Shown in pieces: positions 58,533-64,000 of a stretch of DNA of 64,000 nucleotides (the stretch's first letter is position 1; each line of letters opens with the position of its first letter). The translations under genes were made by a program, and so were the position numbers. This DNA is from the human T2T-CHM13v2.0 reference genome, Homo sapiens. The DNA is taken from assembly GCF_009914755.1 (NCBI RefSeq), contig NC_060944.1; one strand, given 5' to 3'. The notes beneath the pieces were generated by a model that worked only from the letters and a program-made list of their open reading frames with translations, ran no database searches and was not told the origin of the DNA.

Positions 58533-58819
58533 CAGTTCCACCTTAAATAACTAAAGAGGCCCTGAGGAAGTGCATTTGCTTCTTTGTGTCACAACCATAT
58601 CCTTAGACCTGAAACCATTCCCCCAACATCTCTCCCACGACCCTGGGAGGTGCTTAGGCTTGACCAGTCATGGGCTCCAGGTATAAACCCAGTCCTTTCA
58701 ATACAGACGTTTTCTTCCCAAAGCAGACCTACAGCTCACGAGGGAGAGGCCCACAGTCTACACCCCCAATAAAGATGCCCCACTGAGCCCCAGAGCTAGT
58801 TATGCAAGTCGTTTAGCAG

Positions 58820-59115
58820 AGCCTCTCAAATCCCCACTCTTAATGCAGGGAGAGTTATGGGAGCCCCAGCAGCGCCTTTTAATGCAACTGGATTAATTGC
58901 CTGCTCGGAAAACAGCTCGATTCTAAATGATCCTAAATGGCCTCTAATACCTGTAATCTTCCCTCCGCCAGGTTGCCCTGCTGCATTACTAAAGCGGGAC
59001 TGGTTCTGGAAGCCCATTTGCTTAGTAAACAGCGGGCAGCATTGCAGGAGGCCAAAGGCTGAGAAATTGATGAAATCGCTACTGGCCTATTCACCAGCCT
59101 AATTTGATTCTAGAA
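58820..59115. promoter_or_regulatory. Candidate conserved non-coding enhancer
   Basis: Non-repetitive, retains several CpGs, dense TAAT/ATTA sites, a forkhead GTAAACA site and TGAT motifs; composition only. Confidence 0.4.
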
Positions 59116-59439
59116 AATCAAGCAGAGGCATTTGGACTGGACTGTTCCACAAGCTCAGTGTTCCTTTGCAGGACTGGGTAATCAAATGCGGGTGTGCCGC
59201 CGGGTCTCAACTCTGGTCCTTCCCAGCCCGGCAGTGAGCCGTCTCTCTCAGGAATCTTGATCTTCTTTCTGAAGACCACAGATGGAGCTGACAAGGAACC
59301 ATGATGTCTTTCAGTCAATCAATTACCTGGAAACCAGGAGTAGGTGGGGGATGGCACACAATGGGCAGTGTGTTCTCGCTTTGGGTTTGCACTTATCTGG
59401 TAAACAGGTGAGCACCACAATTAAGAGAAAAAACTCAAG

Positions 59440-59630
59440 TTGGTGTTTTAGCTCTGCCATTACTAGCTATGTAACTTTGGGCAAGTAACCTCTAGGTGCC
59501 TCAGTTTCCTCATCTCTAAAATAGGGATGATTACAATAGTACCTACCTCAAAGGGTGACAGTGAGAATTAAATGCCTTAATAAATACAAGATGCCTTGAG
59601 GTCTGGCTAACAGTCAATTCTATAAACGCA
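59440..59630. mobile_element. MIR
   Basis: 'tactagctatgtaactttgggcaagtaacctct...gcctcagtttcctcatctctaaaataggg'. Confidence 0.85.
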
Positions 59631-60222
59631 TTTGCTGTCATCGCAGCTTCACTGCTTCCATATGGGCAGGCACATGCCCTCCCTCAGCCTCAGTCCCTAC
59701 TTCTGTAAATTGGGTCAATGGTTGTTGTGCAAGGGAATGGGGGTGAAGGGTGCATAAAGTGTGGCATTGAGGTGTCCAGTAAGCAGGCTTCCTCTCCTGC
59801 CATTCTCATACACGCTACCACTCTGGAATGCTTCTTCTCTGCAGCTGCCCTCTCTCTGTCCAGATGGACAGTTTCCATAGAGATCCATGTGAACACTGAA
59901 GGAAGACAGGTCACCTGGCCAGGGAGGCAGGTCGGGAGAAGGTGAGCCAGACCCACTTGGAAAACAAAAGATGAGCAGACAGGTGTCTGCATTTTCTTCC
60001 TGTAGACCAGTGAGGGTGAGGGAAAGAAATCAGACAGGCTGTGTTCACTTGAAATATCCGGCATTTGAGCCTGACATTGCCTTCATTGGGAGCTTTCACC
60101 AAACCAGTGTCCAACAGTGAGAACGCTTTTGAATCCTTGGCAAACAGATACCAGCAGACAGTGTGTGTGGATTTCCACAAGGACAGCATCTTGCATGACA
60201 AAGACATCAAGATACAAAACTA

Positions 60223-60575
<353 letters not shown>

Positions 60576-61014
60576 TCAACATTATCATGAGTGACTCTGG
60601 TGCCAAAAGCCATGTTTGTCCTCACTCTGCAGTCTGGATGCCTATTTATCTACTGACTGGCTGCCACTTGATCACTCTGCTCGATTGCTCCCTCTGTAAA
60701 ATGGGGCCAACTATCAACCTACAACATAAGGTGACTGTGGGAATAAAAGCAGCATATCAACAATGGTACGTATTTGTTGAGCTCTCAGAATGCACCCAGT
60801 GCTGCGCTAAATGTTTAATGTATGAATTCTAACCCACTGACTCTTCCCACTCGCCCCGGAAAGTGAGCCCTGCTGTTAATCCCTATTATGCGGATAAGAA
60901 ACAGAGGGAAAAGGAGGTTAATGAACCTGCCTGAAGTCATATATAGCTAGTAAATAAGGCGCTGTTACCAAAGTCCCTGGCACAAAATAAGTACTCAACA
61001 AAAATATGCAGACA

Positions 61015-61358
61015 CACAAAAAAAATGAGATCATGTCCTTTGCAGCAACATGAATAGAGCTGGAGGCCATTATCCTAAGTGAACCAACACAGGATAGAAA
61101 ACTGAATAATGCATGTTATCAACTATAAGTGGAGCTAAATGATGAGTACATAGGGACACAAAGAAAGGAACAGCAGACACTGGGGAGTACTTGAGGGTAG
61201 AGGGAGGGAGGAGGGTGAGGATCAAAGACTATCTTATAGGGTCCTACGCTTATTACCTGGGTGGTAAAATAATCTGTACACCAACCCTGTAATATGCAGT
61301 TTACCTATATAGCACACCTTCCCATCTACCCCAGAGCCTATAAAATAAAAGTTAAAAT
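61015..61358 (+). mobile_element. Older L1PA (PA15/16-like) 3' end
   Basis: 'atgagatcatgtcctttgcagcaacatg...gagctggaggccattatcct', end 'aaaataaaagttaaaa'. Confidence 0.85.
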
Positions 61359-62544
61359 ACATATGATGTAAGTTGGTAGAGCCACTTAGGAGAAAAATTT
61401 GGCAAGACCTATATCTAAAGCATTACTTCTAGACAGCTAGCTATCCAAGAACATTTTTGCAATGGCTAAATAGAGCTATTGTGGGGGCTACCATCAGTGC
61501 TAACTTTTGGGGAATAAAAGGGCCTCATGGCCTCAGGGAGGCACCAGATTAGTTAAGAGTGAATGGTTGATGGGACCAAGTAATGCCTGAGAATGGCCCT
61601 GCAGTGATAGGGCCCTGTATAAAGAGGTTGAGTGCACTTATCTGGGGTCCCTGTGGCAGGGCAAAGTTTGAAGCGGGCTTGGTTCAGGCAGGGTTTGGAG
61701 TTGCAGATCCATAGCCTATTCCATGGCCATTGGGGTGGCCAGATCAGGGGCAACACAAAGATTGCAGGTACTGCCAGAAGTCACTTTCTCATCCTGAGTT
61801 CAGTGACCTCATCTATAAACTGCATATACAGATAACTACCCTGTCTATTAATAGGAAGCTTATGAGGACTCAATAAGATCGGCTAGTCTGGTTATTCCTC
61901 ACCATCCCTCAGGGAAGAAAGAATAATCTCCTGCACTAGGTTTAAAGCAGAAACGAATGCTGCACCAAGCAGAAGCCTCAGAGCTCTGCCAGGGACAGAA
62001 ACTTGAGTGTCCCTGCCCCGGCAGAGCTCTGTTTTAACCATTTCATAAGCAACAGCTTCCCATGTGCCAGGAAGACTTTATTTTTTCAATTCAAAAGAGC
62101 ACCTAACATTTCTCGAAAGCTGCCTATGCCCTATACATTATCTCCTTTAATCCTTACAGTAACACCATGAGAGAAATTTCCTTCTGATTTTATAGAAGTC
62201 ATAACTGATATTCCCAAGAAATTAAATGATGTACCCGTTGGCAGATGGCTGACAATTTGGAAACTCTACATTTGCACCTAAGACTATCTACCACCAATTT
62301 TCTTATTAATGATTTTTATTCTACCTGCAGTCCCTAATACTTCTTTACTCTACCGTAGCACATTTGTCAGGAGATACCTGCATTCCTGTGTGTGAACATT
62401 TTACCATTATTCACTTTATGGGCTATGGGAATGTCATGACTGTTCTGGGCCACTGATTACACATCTCTAAAATGAAGACAGTAACAGTTTACTCATTGGA
62501 TTGTCTCAAGATTAAATAAGGACATACATAAAGTGTTTATCAGA

Positions 62545-63240
62545 ACACATGAGAAGATGTTCAACTTCTGTATTAATTAGGAAGATGAGATGCCATTTTT
62601 GGCTCATTAGACTGGCAGAAATGAAAACTTTTTTTGTAATATTAAGTGTCAAAAAAGATAGAGGAAATAGACACTCTTCTATCACTGGCAGAAACCAGAG
62701 ATTTAAGTTGGTAGAGCCACTGAGGAGATCAATTTGGCAAGACCTATATCTAAAGCACTACTTCTAGATAGACAGCTATCAAGAGCATTTTTTTGCAATT
62801 GCTAAATATTATAACCAACCTAAATGTCTATTGATGAACTAATGACTGAATAACCATGATATATCTCTTGTGTGAAAGATAATATCATGTAATAAAAAGA
62901 ATTGGGTAAATATGTAGTAACTAAGTTGAAAATTTCTCTAAGAAGTAGAGACAAGTGGAAAAAAAAAACCCTAAGTTTTAGAATATTATCAAATGTCACT
63001 TAGGTCAAAGAAAAAACTCGAAAATGACAATAGGTTTTACAGATATATATACGTGTTGGAAGTGCATTGGATGAAGCCTGCAAATATATACATTACACTG
63101 TTAAGAGCAGTATTCTGGAATGGTGGAGAACAGCCACGAGTTTAAATGGACATAGTATTACCTGATGTTATAAATTTTACAAAGTGAATATATTCATATA
63201 TGATTTGTACACTTATAAAGGTAAAATAATAACAATAAAT
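62545..63240 (+). mobile_element. L1ME-type 3' fragment
   Basis: 'catgagaagatgttcaacttc', 'cattagactggcagaaat', 'caacctaaatgtcta'. Confidence 0.65.
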
Positions 63241-63839
63241 GCAGTTATAATCTGTCAGGTGTTGACTCTGAATCTTCATTTTCTTTCAAATAAAATTATT
63301 CATTTAGAAAACAAACTTATTGTGTGTCTACTCTGATTTACTTTCATATGACATCTTTCAACAGAATTTTTTCACTGAAAGGGAAATTATGTTTTTATTT
63401 TGCTGATGATGAAAGTGAGGTTTGGCTTAAGTGACTTGCTCAGTTAGTAAGGCACAGAGCCAGGATTGAAAACCAGCTGTTTGCCTCCAAGTTCAGTTCT
63501 CTTTCAATTAATCCAGCAAGTCTTTACTGAGCACTGTGTATGTCCCAAGCTCCATACTAGGTATTGGGGATGCAACAGGAGACAGGATAGACGTGCTCCC
63601 TGTTTTCATGGCATCACGGTCCAGCGAGAAAAGCAGACAGAGCAACATGTACTTACAATGCAGTGTGCAGTGCTTAGATTTCACGGGTAATGGCTTATTC
63701 TTCACTGACGTCTGAAACAAAGTATGGACGCACAACTAAACAACTAGTTTAGGTCTGATTCATCAGCATAAGGTATACCACCAATGTATCCTGCTGCTCC
63801 AAATATGTTGATTCTCTAATAGATCTCTGAATCAATAGT

Positions 63840-64000
63840 AATAATGAAGATAGTTATTGAGTATTAACTATGTGTCAGATATCATTCCAACATTTAAATA
63901 TAACAGATGACACATTTAATTCTCATAATATCCCTATTAAGTAAGTTCTATTACAATCTTTATCTTACAGATGTGGAAAGGTGAGGCACAGAGATTATAA
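63840..64000. mobile_element. MIR
   Basis: 'catttaattctcataata...ttacagatgtggaaaggtgaggcacagaga'. Confidence 0.8.

Overview
Primate (very probably human) non-coding genomic DNA, either intronic or intergenic. I could not identify the locus and found no credible host exon, RNA gene, CpG island or CRISPR array. More than half of the window is interspersed repeat. It contains about 16 Alu-family copies (FAM/FLAM, AluJ, AluS, AluY), a 5'-truncated L1PA2-like insertion with a perfect TSD, long minus-strand L1M/HAL1 fossils, a near full-length Tigger2 carrying nested MER4-type LTR, Alu and FLAM insertions, MaLR LTRs, hAT/Tigger MITEs, MIR/L2, a 33-bp AT-rich minisatellite and several microsatellites. 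The ORF track is almost entirely spurious; the only recognisable protein fragments are transposon-derived. Four observations stand out. (1) A heavily decayed piggyBac-like DDD transposase at about 6.55-7.56 kb is recognisable from motif order and spacing. (2) There are at least five short (80-230 bp) locally templated duplications about 0.7-1.4 kb from their partners, including a multi-fragment patchwork at 30-33 kb. (3) An Alu chimera has twin-priming-like geometry. (4) A convergent pair of CTCF-like motifs and several homeobox-motif-rich unique islands may be regulatory. Repeat subfamily names come from recall of consensus sequences and need RepeatMasker/Dfam confirmation.
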